Assembly (NCBI GenBank): GCA_951406725.2
Contig: OX597823.1
Location: 65,658,001 to 65,722,000, forward strand
Source: Octopus vulgaris
Taxonomy: Eukaryota
Direction of reading: 5' to 3'
Length of the DNA: 64,000 nt
The translations under genes and the position numbers were made by a program. A model generated the notes under the pieces. That model worked only from the letters and a program-made list of their open reading frames with translations. It ran no database searches and was not told the origin of the DNA. Each line of letters begins with the position of its first letter. The first letter of the stretch is position 1. Shown here in pieces: positions 41,500-56,222 of the stretch.

Positions 41500-44164
41500 T
41501 ATCAATATATATATATATATGCACACACACACACACATATATATATATATACATATATATATATGTGTGTGTACTTATTTGTATTTATGCATGTATGTGT
41601 GTGTATGTGTGTACAGAGAGATATACAGAGAGTGATAGAGAGAAAAGAAGGAAACCGGCTAAAGTTTAGAAATTGATCTTTACGCAACTCATAAATAAGG
41701 GAAGATTATTATGTATATTTTAATTATATGCCCAAGCAGGAACCGTGCTATTTGCCGACTTTGTGAAATATTTCCGTTCCATTTAATCATTTCCCAGATA
41801 TTAAATAGTTATCAAATATGAACAACTGACAATGAGAGAAGCAAGACAAAAAAAAAAAATAATAAAATAAAAGAAAGATATTCTGAGACAGGATTACATA
41901 AATAGAATAAATATGAGTCAAACAGCTAAAAACAGAAATATAAAAATAGAGATGAGCATTTGATTGAAGGATACAAATGAATTAGAGAAAAGAAGGAAAG
42001 AGAAATTGACAGATTGAAAAGAAAATTAGTCTAGACGATAATGATTAGTTTGCAACGGAGAAATTAATAATGATTTGAAATTAATAATACTCTTTATTTA
42101 CAGATATCTTTACAAATATATGGTGCATAATCAAATATGTTCACATTTAAAGAAAATATAGTTAAATGTTTGCGGTGTAAGAAATAGATATAAGATATTG
42201 ACGTCTATGAAATGGATAGCCACACTGATTGTGCTTACTCATAGCAAATCTATAACGCTATACAATTCGCTTTGTTGAAATGACCTATTAGGAAATACTA
42301 GAATAAGAGTTAAATGAATATTGTAGGAGATATATTTACAACGATTAAAGGTGCATCTGTGTCAAATCATCTCTGTCAAAATAATTTAAGTGTGTTCTAA
42401 CATCAGCAAAATATACCTTTCAACTTAGGCATTTCATTACAACGTGAAGTGTTCAAGTGTATTTAGTAGTTTTATGAAGGGCTTTTTGTGGCTACATATG
42501 GAGTGAGACCGGATCGTTAAATGGCTCCCTTTAGTTTACCTATCTGTTTAGTGAACAGAAAGAATACTAATACAATACAAGAAATACCTGCCATAAACTA
42601 CTGCAATGTTTTTTTTTATGGTTAACTGTTATACTCAACACTTTGATGCTCTTAGCATTTAATATTAATTCCTGGTGTTAGTGTCGCAGATTTGTTTTGT
42701 TGTGTGTCGTTTGCAGTAACTAGTGATATAATCTGAAATCAACTCCTTGCAGTTAGATATTGTCATTCCTGGATAGGGTAGCCTGGTGTGCTATAATATG
42801 CGTATTTTTGTGTTCGATACTGCTACGGCTATAGAGTGTTACTATCTTTCAGTACACAGTATTTACGTAACGCAACTCTCTGTTGACTGATCGTTATGGA
42901 ATTATACACCCGAACATTACTATTACGAACTGTTAATGTTTAAATGATGAGCAGTGCAGGCGTCTTTTAGCAGTGTCTTTTTCCATTTCTGTGCCAATTA
43001 TAGGGACTGACACTATGTTATATTTGTAGTTTTTCTGATGGAATTTAGGATTGATATCCTAAAGTTTTTAGACTATATTGCCAGGGTTTCACCAACTCAC
43101 AGTACACATAGTTCCTTGATCTCATAGATTGGTTAGAATACAATTACACATTTCCTCTAACTTTATTTTTTCCTCTATTGTGGAAGCGCTTAATTCTGTC
43201 TCCTGTATGCGATACGAGGTGCTGGTAATAAACGATATTGCGTGTTAAGTAAAACGCATTGTAAAAGTGCTCTCCGTGAGTCAGATGTATGTTTACAGGT
43301 TCAGAGAAATTAGCTCAGTACACTAGTTACTTCTCGAAACACGTACTAAGTGACAAGCATTTTACGTTACGTTTCAGTTGCTGTGGAATTTGCAAATATT
43401 CTAACTTCCATATTGTGGCCAAAAAATATGTGATTCTATACGAGCTAGGCTAATATAGCTGATTTTCCACCATGTTCAAAATAGATACCTATATGCTCAC
43501 TATGGGTGACCGTGAAATGTGTCTATGAAAATCATTGTAAGTTATTTTAGTATTAAAGTTCATACGCAGTTGCAGTTAGGACTGGCCCTCCATTGTTGTT
43601 TCCTTGAACAACTGTGATTTTATAGAACCTAAATTTGATTATTACAATAAATAACAAACTTTAGCGACAAACATTCACAAATTGGCCGTGAATGATATCT
43701 AGGAAGCCATAGTACAATGTTAATCAATATAATTAGTGCTTAGTTGGTTGAATAGCCAATTAGGTTTTATTTAATTTTGTCTACTATGTGCTCGTTTCAT
43801 TTAAGTGCAATTTCTAACCCATAGGCCCTGTATAGCTCTATATTAACCTGGTCAAATTCATTTACACGGTCAACGATCGCAGCCACACTAAAGATATCTA
43901 TGGAAAATTCACAATACCTTTTTTTAAAGTAAGAATCATTGTTAAATAGAAAGGATTTTCCATGACGCTCATAATTACAGTATCATACTGCCATACTATA
44001 TTCTGAACACTAAGACTAACGGAGGAACAGCATAGCCGATAATCCCAGATGAATCTACTGTGAATAATTGCAATCGGGATTATCGGCTATGCTATTTATT
44101 CCGTTTTGCTGCAACTACACATCATGTATGCACTTTCTCTCTATCACACACTCCCTTATGCTCT

Positions 44165-44251
<87 letters not shown>

Positions 44252-44257
44252 TTTAAA

Positions 44258-44690
44258 TATAGGGTAAAAATTAAACATTAATTGATACCAGTGGCCAACG
44301 TGAATAAAAATGTTCGTAGACTGCAAATATTATTTTATTATATGTGTGTATAAGAGTTATACACTGAAGGAAAGTCACGAAGTGGTTTTCCTTCACGCAA
44401 GAAATGGGAGTTATATCCCAAACTATGAAAAGTTATTCTTATTTGGCGTGTTGCGGTTTCAGAATGGATCCTACCATAACGTGGTATAAAGAATACATCA
44501 ATGAGAGGAAAGGAACGTGGTCTGAATTTGGTACTCCTTTATTTTATCTGGTACACGTTTCAGTATTCGGTAACACATAACACTCAGGCAATACAATCCG
44601 TAGATGTACCTCATAACGGTAACAGCCATAACAACATTCCTTCAAGCATATAAAGCATATGTAACAGATGAATTAAGGCAGTACCAGTTC
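44258..44690 (-). mobile_element. Older member of the hammerhead-repeat class (degenerate ribozyme 44543-44654)
   Basis: Terminal motif agggt-N-accagtgg is shared with the 493- and 506-bp units. Minus strand reads tttatatgc-TTGAAGG-aatgtt...aatact-GAAAC-gt-GTA-ccagataaa. Confidence 0.45.
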
Positions 44691-44825
44691 AACCTCACAT
44701 TCTTTTCTCGCCATTATATTTGCATGTATGTGTGTATGTATGTATGTATGTATGTATGTATGTATGTATGTATGTATGTATGTATGTATGTATGTATGTA
44801 TGTATGTATGTATGTATGTATGCGT

Positions 44826-45180
44826 GGGGAGGCGCAATGACCCAGTAGTTAGGGCAGCGGACTCGCGGTCGTAGGATCGCGATTTCGATTTCCAGACCGG
44901 ATTGTGAGTATTTAATGGGCGAAAACACCTAAAGCCCCACGAGGCTCAGGCAGCGGGTGGTGGCGAACCCTGCTGTACTCTTTCACCACAAATTTATCTC
45001 AATATTTGTTCCTATTTCTCTTGTACATGTATTTCAAAGGACCAGCTGTGTCACGCTAAATCTCCCCGAGGACTATGTTAAAAGTACATGCATCTGTGAA
45101 GTGCTCAGCCACTTGCACGTTAATTTCACGAGCAAGCTACTCTGTTGATTGGATCAGCGGGAACTCTCGTCGTCGTAATA
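44826..45180 (+). mobile_element. tRNA-derived SINE
   Basis: ggaggcgcaatgacccagtagttagggcagcggactcg head is similar to 34452. Confidence 0.7.
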
Positions 45181-45259
45181 GTATATAATATATAAGTGTA
45201 TATTTCTGTATGTATGTGTGTTTATATGTATATAGTATATATACGTATACACACATACA

Positions 45260-45312
<53 letters not shown>

Positions 45313-45317
<5 letters not shown>

Positions 45318-45600
45318 TCGATATGTTTCGACCAAATATTGGTCCAGGCCATGTCTAACTTAATAGCACCACCTCATAGAATTATCTAAATCCTTTTTAA
45401 GTCAAGTTTTGTTTATGGTCCATTCAAGTAATGAGTTCTTGTTGAGTGAGTTGTATCCAGGTATGGGTGCCTTATCTGTTATTCCTTGAAGAAATTTGTT
45501 CAGACTCAGTTTACAGGTGATGGGATCCTTTTCCTCTTTAATCAATTTTGGGACAATGTTAAACAGGGCAATACACAGTAACTCATAGCGATACTTCACA
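45313..45600 (-). mobile_element. CR1/L2-group LINE 3' end; its 3' UTR recurs at 8403-8478 (+)
   Basis: LFNIVPKLIKE..LNKFLQGITDKAPIPGY..NSLLEW; aggtggtgctattaagttagacatggcctgg is shared with 8404-8435. Confidence 0.65.
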
Positions 45601-46254
45601 ATACTAGTTTCATTCGTTCCATGACCGAAGTTGTCTTACGATTTACTCGTTTTATAAATCAATTTCCCTCATCGAAATTTACTGGAATATAATTAATCCG
45701 TTCTAGACCCCCAAACCACTCAATAATAACTTTTTATGGGTCTTAAAACATAAATGGTGGAGCTACAAATAAATACAAAAATTTGCTCGGACACCAAATT
45801 ACTCGTACATTGTTGCACTCCTACTGCGAGGTTTCCAACTGTATATATATCTCTATATATAAAACTGAAATGCGTTTTTACCGCTTGGTTCGCTTTCAAT
45901 GCCACTACATCCTGTCCGATTCGCTCCAAAATTTACAGGGACATGTAGAATGAGGTGGCGATGCGCGTGGGCTACCTTACAAATCCCTATCTTAAAAGCT
46001 GTGGTTTCTAGGGGCCATCTTCCTACCTCACACTATTTCCTCCAGTACTCTGTCACTCCTCTTCATTTATAACTTTCAAAATGCCACTACGGTTATTTAA
46101 AGTATCTGTCACTATCGCTATTTCCTCTCTGTTTCACTGACTCTGTTTCCTACCTTCCTATCACTTCGACGGCGTTCTTTGAAGTATATGTCTGTCACCA
46201 ACAATCAACACACGAGCATGAGAACAAATATTATGAATCAGATATTCTTGCGTT

Positions 46255-46490
46255 CATTTATATGTGTGTGTGTGTGTGTTCTATATATATATGTATATAT
46301 AATGTATGTGTGTGTGTGTTCTATATATAAATATGTATATTTAATGTATGTGTGTGTGTGTGTTCTATATATAAATATGTATATATAATATATGTGTGTG
46401 TGTGTGTTCTATATATAAATATGTATATATAATGTATGTGTGTGTGTGTGTTCTATATATAAATATGTATATATAATGTATATATACAAA
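46255..46490 (+). repeat. ~40-bp minisatellite (gtgtgtgttctatatataaatatgtatatataatgtat)
   Basis: About 5-6 visible copies. Confidence 0.85.
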
Positions 46491-46630
46491 GTGTATATAT
46501 CTGTATTTATGTATATTAAACTTTTTCATACTTTTTCATAGTTATATATATTTTTAAACAAATTATAAATATAATTTCATAATTTTTATTTTCAATTTAA
46601 ATAATTTAAAGTTTTCAATTTTATATTTTA

Positions 46631-47647
46631 CTAGCAGTATCGCCCGGCGTTGCTCGGGTTTGTAAGGGAAATAACTATATAAGCATTTTTAGTGAGTTAT
46701 AGCAAAAAAAATAGCAAAAAATGCATTAAAGATGGAATAAAAAATGATAGTAATTTCTTTTTTAAATCGTTGACTCATCGTAGACATTTTTACAGAGTTA
46801 CTTCCCTTATATAATAGCGAAAAATGCATTAACATGGAATAAAAAAATGATGGTAATTTTTTTTTAATCGTTGACTCATCGTAGACATTTTTAGAGAGTT
46901 ACTTCCCTTATATAATAGCGAAAAATGCATTAAAATGGAATAAACAATGATGGTAAATTTTTTTTTAAATCGTAGACTCATCGTAGACGCGCGCTAATAC
47001 CCAGAAGGGCTCGATATGAATCACGACTATAAGATACCCGGTTTTGGTTACACTGCACCGCAAAATGTGGGAGTAGTTACGAATCTAAATCGTAGGAGAC
47101 AGACACACAACCTTACTTTTATATATAAAGATTTGTGCAACAACTAAAACATTCGGTTGTGCAAATTGTTTGCACAGGAAACCTGCCCTGTGTGGCGGTT
47201 TTTGCCGTTTTTGTGGATCTGTTTCAGCTTTTTTAGCGATTTCTGTTTTGGCGACTTCAAGCCATGAAGTCGTTGTTCTAAAAGAACGCTGGTCTCCTTC
47301 ACAACGCATTACGACGTTGATTTCCTTACACTCCCTTCCCCACAGCTTCACGAGGGAGGGAAGAAGGGGGAGAAGCAACACAGGTGCAGGCGTGAGCGTG
47401 GACGCCAACTCCGCCGCCATCGACACACGAAAAAATATGCATTAAAATGGAATAAAAAATGATGTTAAATTATTTTTAAAATCGTACACTCATCGTAGAC
47501 GCGCGCTAATACCCAGACGGGCTCGATATGAATCACGACTATAAGATACCCGAATTTGGTTAAACTGCACCACAAAATTTGGGAGTAGTTAGGAATCTAA
47601 ATCGAAGGGGACAGACACTCACACAACTACAGTTTTATATATATAGA
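46631..47647 (-). mobile_element. Non-autonomous Helitron with duplicated 5' end and internal ~110-bp tandem repeats
   Basis: Minus strand A|TCTATATAT...cccgagcaacgccggg hairpin...CTAG|T. A second 5' terminus lies at 47131. 46920-47131 repeats at 47432-47647. Confidence 0.75.
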
Positions 47648-47788
47648 TATATTTTCTATGTTATATTTTCTTTTTTTATGTTTTTGTTTTTGGTTTTTCA
47701 CTGTTTGATTTGCCTATTAGTGGTTTTATCTCTAATTTAATTTATACAGATATATATCTCATTTGTATACATTTGTATATATAATGCG

Positions 47789-47830
<42 letters not shown>

Positions 47831-48644
47831 CACATATATATATGTGTGCATTACGTAGTCGGTCGATTCACCTGAAAATATGCACACCTATGTTAAAGGT
47901 GCTGACAAGTTTGCATCACAACTATTTTGTTCCTCAAATGAAAGGCGTCACCTCTAGAACAAAATTCCTCATCTTATAAAATGTGGCCCCAGTACACCCA
48001 AATGAAATCGGGTTATATTAACCAAAATGTGAAAAGGGGTCTAAATGGGGCTGGAAGGGGATTAAAATTTCAAAGAGCGGGTGTTTAGGAATTCTCTGTT
48101 GCATCAAGCTAAAAAATTTGCGCCAGCCTTTTAATCGTCAATGTGTTGCCGTCCATGATAAAGAAGTTTTGAATGCTTGCCATGGTGAGTCTACTGTCGT
48201 GAGAAAGAATCACTTCAAAAATTGGTGTTTACGAATTTTCTTTTACATCAAATTCAAAATTTTACGCCAGCCGTTAAACTGTCACTACGTTGCTGTCCGT
48301 CGTCAACAAATGCCAGCCATGGTGACTCTACTATCCTCAGATTCTATCCCTTCAAACTTTGGTTTCCAATATTTTATTATTTTTATTCAGCTCGCAAGTT
48401 CGTCTGTCCCTTTTGAATGTTAGCGTTTTGCTGTCTGCCTTAAAGCAGACCTTTCCATTGCCACTGCCTCATATTTCTGATTGATCTTTCTAAATATTTT
48501 ATTTCTCAACTTACTCAAGATCTTCTGTTGTTTATAAATGGGAGAGAGATAGATAAAGATAGAGAGTAAGAGAAAGCGAGGGAGAGTCAGAGAGAAAAGA
48601 AAAGTAAGAGAGTGGGAAAGTGAGAGAGAAACAAATACGGAGAA

Positions 48645-48952
48645 TCATCATCATCATCATCGTTTAACGTCTGTTTTCCGTGCTAGCACGGGTTGGGCAG
48701 TGTGACCGGGTCTCGGAAGCCAGGAGGCTGCACCAGGCTCCAGTCTGATCTGGCAGTGTTTCTACAGGTGGATGACCTTCCTAACGCCAACCACACTGTG
48801 AGTGTAGTGAGTGCTTTTTTCGTGCCGACGGCACTGGTGCCAGGGGGCTCGCAGTGGCAACGATCGGTTGGTGCTTTTTACGTGCCACCAGCACAGAAGC
48901 AAGTCAAGGCGGTGCTGCAATCGGCCACGTTCGGATGGTGCTTTTTACGTGC
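48645..48952 (-). mobile_element. RTE-LINE-type 3' UTR / derived SINE with (GAT)n tail
   Basis: The reverse complement resembles 23380-23627 (ggcacgtaaaaagcacc repeats, tggttggcgttaggaagg, gttaaacgatgatgat). Confidence 0.65.
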
Positions 48953-49019
48953 TGAAAGGAAGCAACAGAAAGTAACACCCACACTCTTACCCGCGCGTAG
49001 AGCGGGTCACCTTCAGCTA

Positions 49020-49090
<71 letters not shown>

Positions 49091-49455
49091 TGTATGTATG
49101 TATGTATTTATGTATATATGTATGTATGTGTGAGTCTGTGTGTGTGTGTATATATATATGTATAGACGGGGAGAGAGAGAGAGAAAGAGATAAATAGATA
49201 GAGGGAGAGACAGAGAGACAGACACAGACACACATGCTATACACTTTTGAAATAGAGTTAATTAGCAGACTGAGCATAGTAATCACTTAACAATTAAATT
49301 AATGTTAAGGAAAGTCTGGTCCGCTTTGTCACATCCTAAAAGGGCCCACGATTTCGCTTTTTTAGATTGGATGTTGTATATATTTACATCATAAACTTTT
49401 GTTTTCATTTATGTGTCTACTAATAACTACCTCTGTCACCCCATGCGTACATATT

Positions 49456-49509
<54 letters not shown>

Positions 49510-52500
49510 TGTGTGTATCTGTGTGTCTGTGTGTGTTTGCGTGTGCGTGCGTGTGTGTGCGTCCGTGTGCGTGGGCGTCCGTGTGCAAGCTTGTGAGTAT
49601 TTAAGCGCGCGTTTTTACATAGAGTGCAAAACATGAGATTAATAAATAATTTATCCTTAATAATGCTCTTCACTTTGTTGTAATTGTAACTTGTTGCATA
49701 AATATACACTTGAATCGAGAATGAATATTAAGGTCAACAAATGATACTGTCTAGCTGAATAAATTTTACCTGGTTTATAAATTCCTTTATAAATACATCA
49801 TAAATATTACGCTCGTTGATTTATGCTATGGAACTGTTTTGCCATTTATTTTGCATGTGACATTTTCGTATTGTAATTTTTTTCCAAACTCCTAAATAAA
49901 ATTATTCCTCAACCTTATCCTTATAATTAAAGATAAATCGATGCCTTCTTGCTTATTCGAGTATGTCAAATTATACAGTTCCTAAAATTTTGTTTGATCT
50001 AAAGCCGCCAGGTTTAATCATATGCGTTTCTTTCTTAATATTTATTCTCCTAAATGTTGTATTTGTATAATATATTATTATGTTCTTACTGTTTTCTTTC
50101 CTGTTTTAGCATTATTATAATGTGGAGAAAATAGGTGCAATCAGAACGTAGATTTGTGAAAGTTAATAATTTTCCTTCCACGCTGTTCCGAAGACAAATA
50201 TCCCGAACTATGCAATCAATCTGAAAACGGAAGATAGCATTGACTAAGTGCTTAAACATATATCGGTATATCATATGGGGAAAAGCCACTGTCGGGATTT
50301 ACTCCAAGATGAATGCATTTCATATTTCGATCTCTATCAATGTTATTAGTCATGCATTTGCTCCACCTGCATAGTTATTCTATAGTTCTTAAAGATCATT
50401 GGTAGATTTTCATAGGTGCAAATATGTCAGTAAAAAGACGATTAACACATGCTATTCACCAGTGTTAGTAACAACTGAATGGATCCCAAAACGTGAAATA
50501 TTTTCTAATGGCTAACGCAGTCCCTGAATTTCAATTATATAGAAAACTTGTAGCACTTAGTTAATCTCGAGTTCCAACGCCAAAATTCTAAACCATGCAA
50601 CATTTGATTGCAACTATTGATTTTGATTGGGAGACGTTTAAGTTAGAAAATTGTATGAAATTCTTAGAAACTATGTTTAAAAAATGTGCAGTTATTAAAA
50701 CGAAAATTATGCAATAAAATATCGATTTATGTCATTAATATATCATACGATAAATTAAAAGCTTTCTTAATTCTATATTCACAAAAATGGGGCATAATTG
50801 AGTTTAGGAACCAGAAAAACCGAATTACTTGAATAATTAGTTTAGTAATAGAGATAATGTTAGAGAAATAATTTTTCTTTTCTTCATGCATAGCTAAATT
50901 ACGCATGAAATAACAAAGGATTCACATGCAAAATAGCTTGGTTCCATATCTGCTAATATATTCTACATTCTTTAACTATGAAAGTAATTTACTTTTTTCC
51001 AAAGATTGTTTATCCCCTCATAACAATATTCATCGAAGGAGTCGCAGTTATAATCAATCTCTAGAGAGAAAATGATGGAGAAATGACAAACGAATCCTAT
51101 AATTAACGGAATAAGTGGCGCGTACTCGCCCGTCACAAATGCAAGGACAGACTCTAGTCGAAAGAAAAAGAATACAGTTCGAATATTGACGTTAGTTTGG
51201 CGCTTCATTAAATATTATTATGCATATGATGCTCCCATAACCATTCTGCCAGGTCGCCACACTTCGTAATTTTCACATTATACTGGTTTTGATAGAACAT
51301 TTATTCAATGAATTTACATTCTATTATTTCATAATAGTGCGTTGTTTTGGAACGTTTTGGTAGTACTTGTTACGGTTTTGAGTTCAAATCTTCTCAACAA
51401 ATTAAAGTGCTAATAATGTACGAGATCGATGTAATCGAGTAACAATCTACTTTCTTAAATTTCAGGTCTTGTGCTTATGCCAGAGACTGATATTTCGGCA
51501 TGGAAGACAGCATGTTTGTAAAGTAAATTGATTTTAAAATTATGGTATTTGAAATGTAACTGTGGCTGTGATCAAACTACAGTTGTGTGACGAAACTTCA
51601 GACATCTCCGTTAATAAAAGAAAATAGAATTTGACAGATTTTAACTGTCATTAGACGCGAAATTTAATTTTCATTGTGTAATTGTTTCTTTTGATAAATA
51701 TTTTTAGAGAGAAACACAAGTACAACTGACATATTAGGTTTACTGAAGAACTATCATTGGTGTTTGTCTCTGGTTAGATTTGATGGAACAGATCTGTAAC
51801 AAAATACATTCCTGCCATGACATATCGCATCCCTTTCAATCATTGCAAATTTTATAGCATTATTCATATACCATTTTTCCGAACAGTAGATTTTTACATT
51901 GAAGGCATTTTGTCCTAATAGTTAATAAGTCCAGTGAAAATCCATAGTTTCTTTTGTATAGTCATTATTATTTCGAAAGATTTCGAAAACAATTTCGAAT
52001 ATATTCAGAAATCTCCAAGTTTTCGATATTTTAAAATACTAAAGTTCAAGAAATAAATTTGCGGCAGATTGAACTTTCACTCTGTTTAAAGCAATCAATG
52101 TCTCCACATCCGTTCTGGTTTAGCCTCAGCACTGATTTTTTTGACTCAGTTAATGTGAATCATAATAATTTTACATCGTGTATTCGACAAACTTAATTGT
52201 ACATACAAAAGCGGTTGTAATATGGAAAACACCAATTATACGTTATGTACTTATCATTAACGAATGTTAACTAGGCTAGAGTTATATAAAGAAAAATAAC
52301 TTGTTTGCAAGTGGGAAAGCTTTCAACAGCTAGTGATTGTCTCACACTGAGGACGGGTAGCCAACCAGAAATCATGGTCTGTGTGTATCACGTAAAGCTG
52401 GAGATAGAAGAGATAGCTTCTGTTGCAGACAATATATGGACACACACTGTGTGTCGATAGCCAGCGGGAAAAGATGTTTTCCTGGGGCTTAAACAGCAGT

Positions 52501-52589
52501 AACATCGTCCTTTATAGGACCGCCACATTCTGTCGGCATATAAACTTTACTATATTTATATAGCTGCGTGTAAGATGTATATCGCTTTT

Positions 52590-52788
52590 ACTTTTTTACT
52601 TGTTTCAGTCGTTTGACTGCGGCCATGCTGGAGGAACGCCTTTAGACGAGCAACTCGACCCCAGGACTTATTCTTTGGAAGCCTAGTACTTATTCTATCG
52701 GCTTCTCTTGCCGAACCGATAAGTTACGGGAGCGTAAACACACCACCATCGGTTGTCAAGCGATGTTGGGGGAACAAACACAGACAGA

Positions 52789-52864
<76 letters not shown>

Positions 52865-53045
52865 CATACACACACATATATGACGGGCTTCTTTCAGTTT
52901 CCGTCTACCAAATCCACTCACGAGGGTTTGGTCGGCCCGAGGCTATAGTAGAAGACACTTGCCCAAGGTGCCACGCAGTGGGAATGAACCCGGAGCCATG
53001 TGGTTGGTAAGCAAGGTACTTACCACACAGCCACTCCTGCGCCTG
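52590..53045 (-). mobile_element. tRNA-derived SINE with internal microsatellite
   Basis: Minus strand ggagtggctgtgtggtaag..ggttcattccc (A/B boxes), body, (TA)(TG)n, then 3' body. Confidence 0.75.
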
Positions 53046-53798
53046 TTCAACTTGTTGCTTAATATGTGATAATTTGCAACGATATATTTGGGTCGCCGAT
53101 TATCTGTAAACCACTCATCTAGTACAGGAATGGAACAGAGATGCATCTAACTATTAAACAATCCATTCTTCCAGGAGGGTTCTACCTTTCTATGAAATAA
53201 AAATATTAATTATTTGTATGAATGTCATTTCGATCGGTATTCAGTACTCACAGAATACTTAAGTATTGTGGTGTATGGTTTACTAAGATTTAGCATATAA
53301 AGCATTTGGTGCTGCATTAAAGACCATATAGAGTTTGAGAAAGATTTTCTTAACATATTGATCTCCTTGCGCTGTGGTAGAGGACAAAAGACATTGCCAT
53401 TTTGTCAGAATACGTCAGTACACAAAAATGACACAAACACAGAAATCACTGAACCACATATACATAAATCTTTAAAGTACACGATTACTTAAAAATGTAG
53501 TACGGTCTAGTATTATCAAATGAATGTTTATGCGATTGGATTATGGCGTCTACTCCGGTACATGAGAGACATCTTTGTATAAAATTTTTGACGTACACTA
53601 CACAACCTGAAACGCTATTCATTATCGCGAACTCAGTATCAGCTGTGGTTTCCATTTAGTAAAACTGATTATGCACATACACATATAGACACACATATAT
53701 CAATGTGTATGTCTACACACACACATACACATATAGACACACATATATCAATGTGTATGTCTACACACACACATACACATATATATATACACATATAA

Positions 53799-53886
<88 letters not shown>

Positions 53887-54094
53887 CATTATATATATAT
53901 ATATATATATATATATACTAGCATTATGACCCGTCGTTGCCGGGTCATAGTGCTAGTGCATGTATATATCTGTATATATATGTGGAAATATTACATGTAC
54001 ATCTATATATATACATCTATTCATAAAATACAAAGTTATATCTTGATATCGCTGGTGATAACAATACTCAAAATATATAACAGACTGGAATTGT

Positions 54095-54399
54095 AAGCCC
54101 GTCTCTTGCAATTTCGATCAATTGTATCTTGTCCTCCCTCTTCTATAGAAGCGTGGCTACAATCCAGCCTACCTCAACTTCGGGGGGGCATTTAAAATTT
54201 TCATCCGGCACGTCCTTCGTCCCAGATATAAAGGTAAAAATAAAATATTTCCACTTTACAAGTTCGAGTCGAGTACCCCCTTGCACGCTCAGTTGACTCG
54301 AACCTTGCTTCTATTGTGGCGAATTTACCGCCTCTGATTAGATGTCTTTCATAGTCGCACCAAGACACTTTTCGATGGTGCTTTCCTCCATGTTATGTC
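54095..54399 (-). pseudogene. Downstream half of an old decayed gag-like ORF (same family as the array proteins)
   Basis: Manual translation across frameshifts: MEESTIEKCLGATMKDI / IRGGKFATIEARFESTERAR / NILFLPLYLGRRTCRMKILNAPP / EVEVGWIVATLL*KREDKIQLIE. This aligns with RGSKYGTVVVHF..LLPTYLNRRITRIRVEGVPPNVEAEWIVAAVI. Confidence 0.8.
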
Positions 54400-56070
54400 T
54401 TTATTACCCACCAGGGGCTACGAAGAATGGCGGACATAACAAAACATGGGGGACATAGAACAATATGATTAAATTTATGAGCAAATGAAAATGAAAAAAT
54501 GATAATATGAAAGCGATGCTAACGGCCCCCTCCGCCAGCATCACTTACTTGTCCTTTTGTTTTCACTGTCACCTGAATGTTCATTCCCAATACGAAGACC
54601 ATCCATATCCATTCTTACTCCGAAACTGTCCTCCATATATTCCACAAATTCATCGCTCATTCTTGTATCTTTCACCTCCCAATTCTCCCTTTCACACCTC
54701 AACACAAACTCATCTATATTCTTCTTTTCCAGCACTGCATATCTGGTCCCATCCATTTCATACCATTCATACTCCTCCATTACCCTTGTAACTTCTTTCT
54801 GTTCAGTCACAATATAAATGTTCGGCCTGGGTTCGTTTTCAAACTCTTGTCTGTCTGTATTGTTATTTTCTTTTGTTTTCTTGTTGGAGGGGAGCGGGTG
54901 GGTTCACTGTCTGCAGGGGAAGGGTGGGATTCAGAGGGTGTGGGTGGTGTTGGGGTGGGTTGGGGCTTCACACAGTTTTTATTTTTCTTTCTTTTTCTCT
55001 TTTTTCTGCCTTCTTCCCTTTCTTGTTGCATCTCCTCTTCTTCTGTCGTTTCTTTTTCCCTTTGGTTCTCTTTGGTTTCTTCCTCTTTTGGGGCTTCCGC
55101 GACGATTTCCTTTTCTTTTTCCTTTAGTGGGGGAGGGCAGTAGGTTCTTATGTGACCCCTCAGGCCACACTTGTAGCACCTGGGCGCCCTACCCTCCACC
55201 CACACTCTCATAATAATATTTCCAGTTTTTATACTGTCCGTAAGCTTTTCTATAACTTCCGCCTCCGTCTGTATGTTCATTACTAGTGTGGCACCTCTCA
55301 CGCCTTCATATTTCATAATGGCGTGGAGGATGTCCACTTTATCTTCATTTCCTTTGATAACCGCAGCCGTTATTAATTCGCCCTCTAGGTGTGGAGGTAT
55401 TCCTTTCACCCTAATTCTGGTGGTCCTTCTATTCAAATACGAGGGGAACAAGTAAAACTTTTCTGTACTCACCACCTTGGCTGCTATATTCCTGGCTGCT
55501 TTCTCACTTTTAAATTGTACCGTTATGGTTCCATATTCTAATCCTTTTGTCATGTACACAATTTCTTCTCCTGTCCGTTTGAAAGCCTCTTCAATTGCTT
55601 CCATGTTAATCACTTCCATTTTTCTACCTCCATTCATAAATACTTTATATTTAATGGTTCTACGATGGAACCAGTCTCCGCGCCCTGCTAGAGGCAACAG
55701 CTCAACCTCTCCGTTCTCCTCCTCCTTCATGAACTCCTGGAAGTCCGTCAACTTAAGCCAGGTCTATCTCTTTTTCTGTTGACTTCTTCGTTATACGTGC
55801 ATAGGTGCTTTCCATTTTTTTCACCGCCAACTCCTCCTCAGATGTCAACGAATTTTCAGAGAAATTTCTCCCTTCCATCTCATCCGTTTGGTAGAGGCGG
55901 CTCATAGTCGCCTCAGACCGAAAAACGGCCTCCCGAACAGAAAACGTGCGACGCACAGAACCAGTGCGACGCGAAACCGCACCAACCGACGTTCCAATTC
56001 CGCAACCACAATTCACTCTTTGTTGTTTTTTCTTTTTTAACCGAATTTTACAGAGCGCAAAAAAACGCGT
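54400..56070 (-). mobile_element. Unit A: ORF1-only (HAL1-like) non-LTR retroelement
   Basis: Starts cgcgtttttttgcgctc, ends gcccctggtgggtAATAAA. Encodes a CCHC protein and no RT. Confidence 0.8.
54541..55905 (-). CDS. L1/Tx1 ORF1(gag)-like protein, CX2CX4HX4C knuckle, in three frame segments (55753-55905, 54807-55751, 54541-54810)
   Basis: VEGRAPRCYKCGLRGHIRTYCP. The N-terminal piece (TYARITKKSTEKEIDLA|KLTDF) and C-terminal piece align with units B/D across single-base frameshifts. Confidence 0.75.
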
Positions 56071-56222
56071 ATTTCTTTATTACCCACTAAGGGGCTACGA
56101 AGAATGGCGGACATAACAAAACATGGGGACATAGAACATTATAATTAAACTTTATGAAAATGAATTGTTAAACGAAAAAAATGATAAAATGAAAGCGATA
56201 CCAACGGCCCCGTCCGTCAGCA

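Noticed and set aside
42600-43200. Possible very old RTE-type LINE remnant (also 24880-25200, and an RLE-like tail at 24280-24410)
   Set aside because: Only vague peptide resemblance; too degraded to call without a search.
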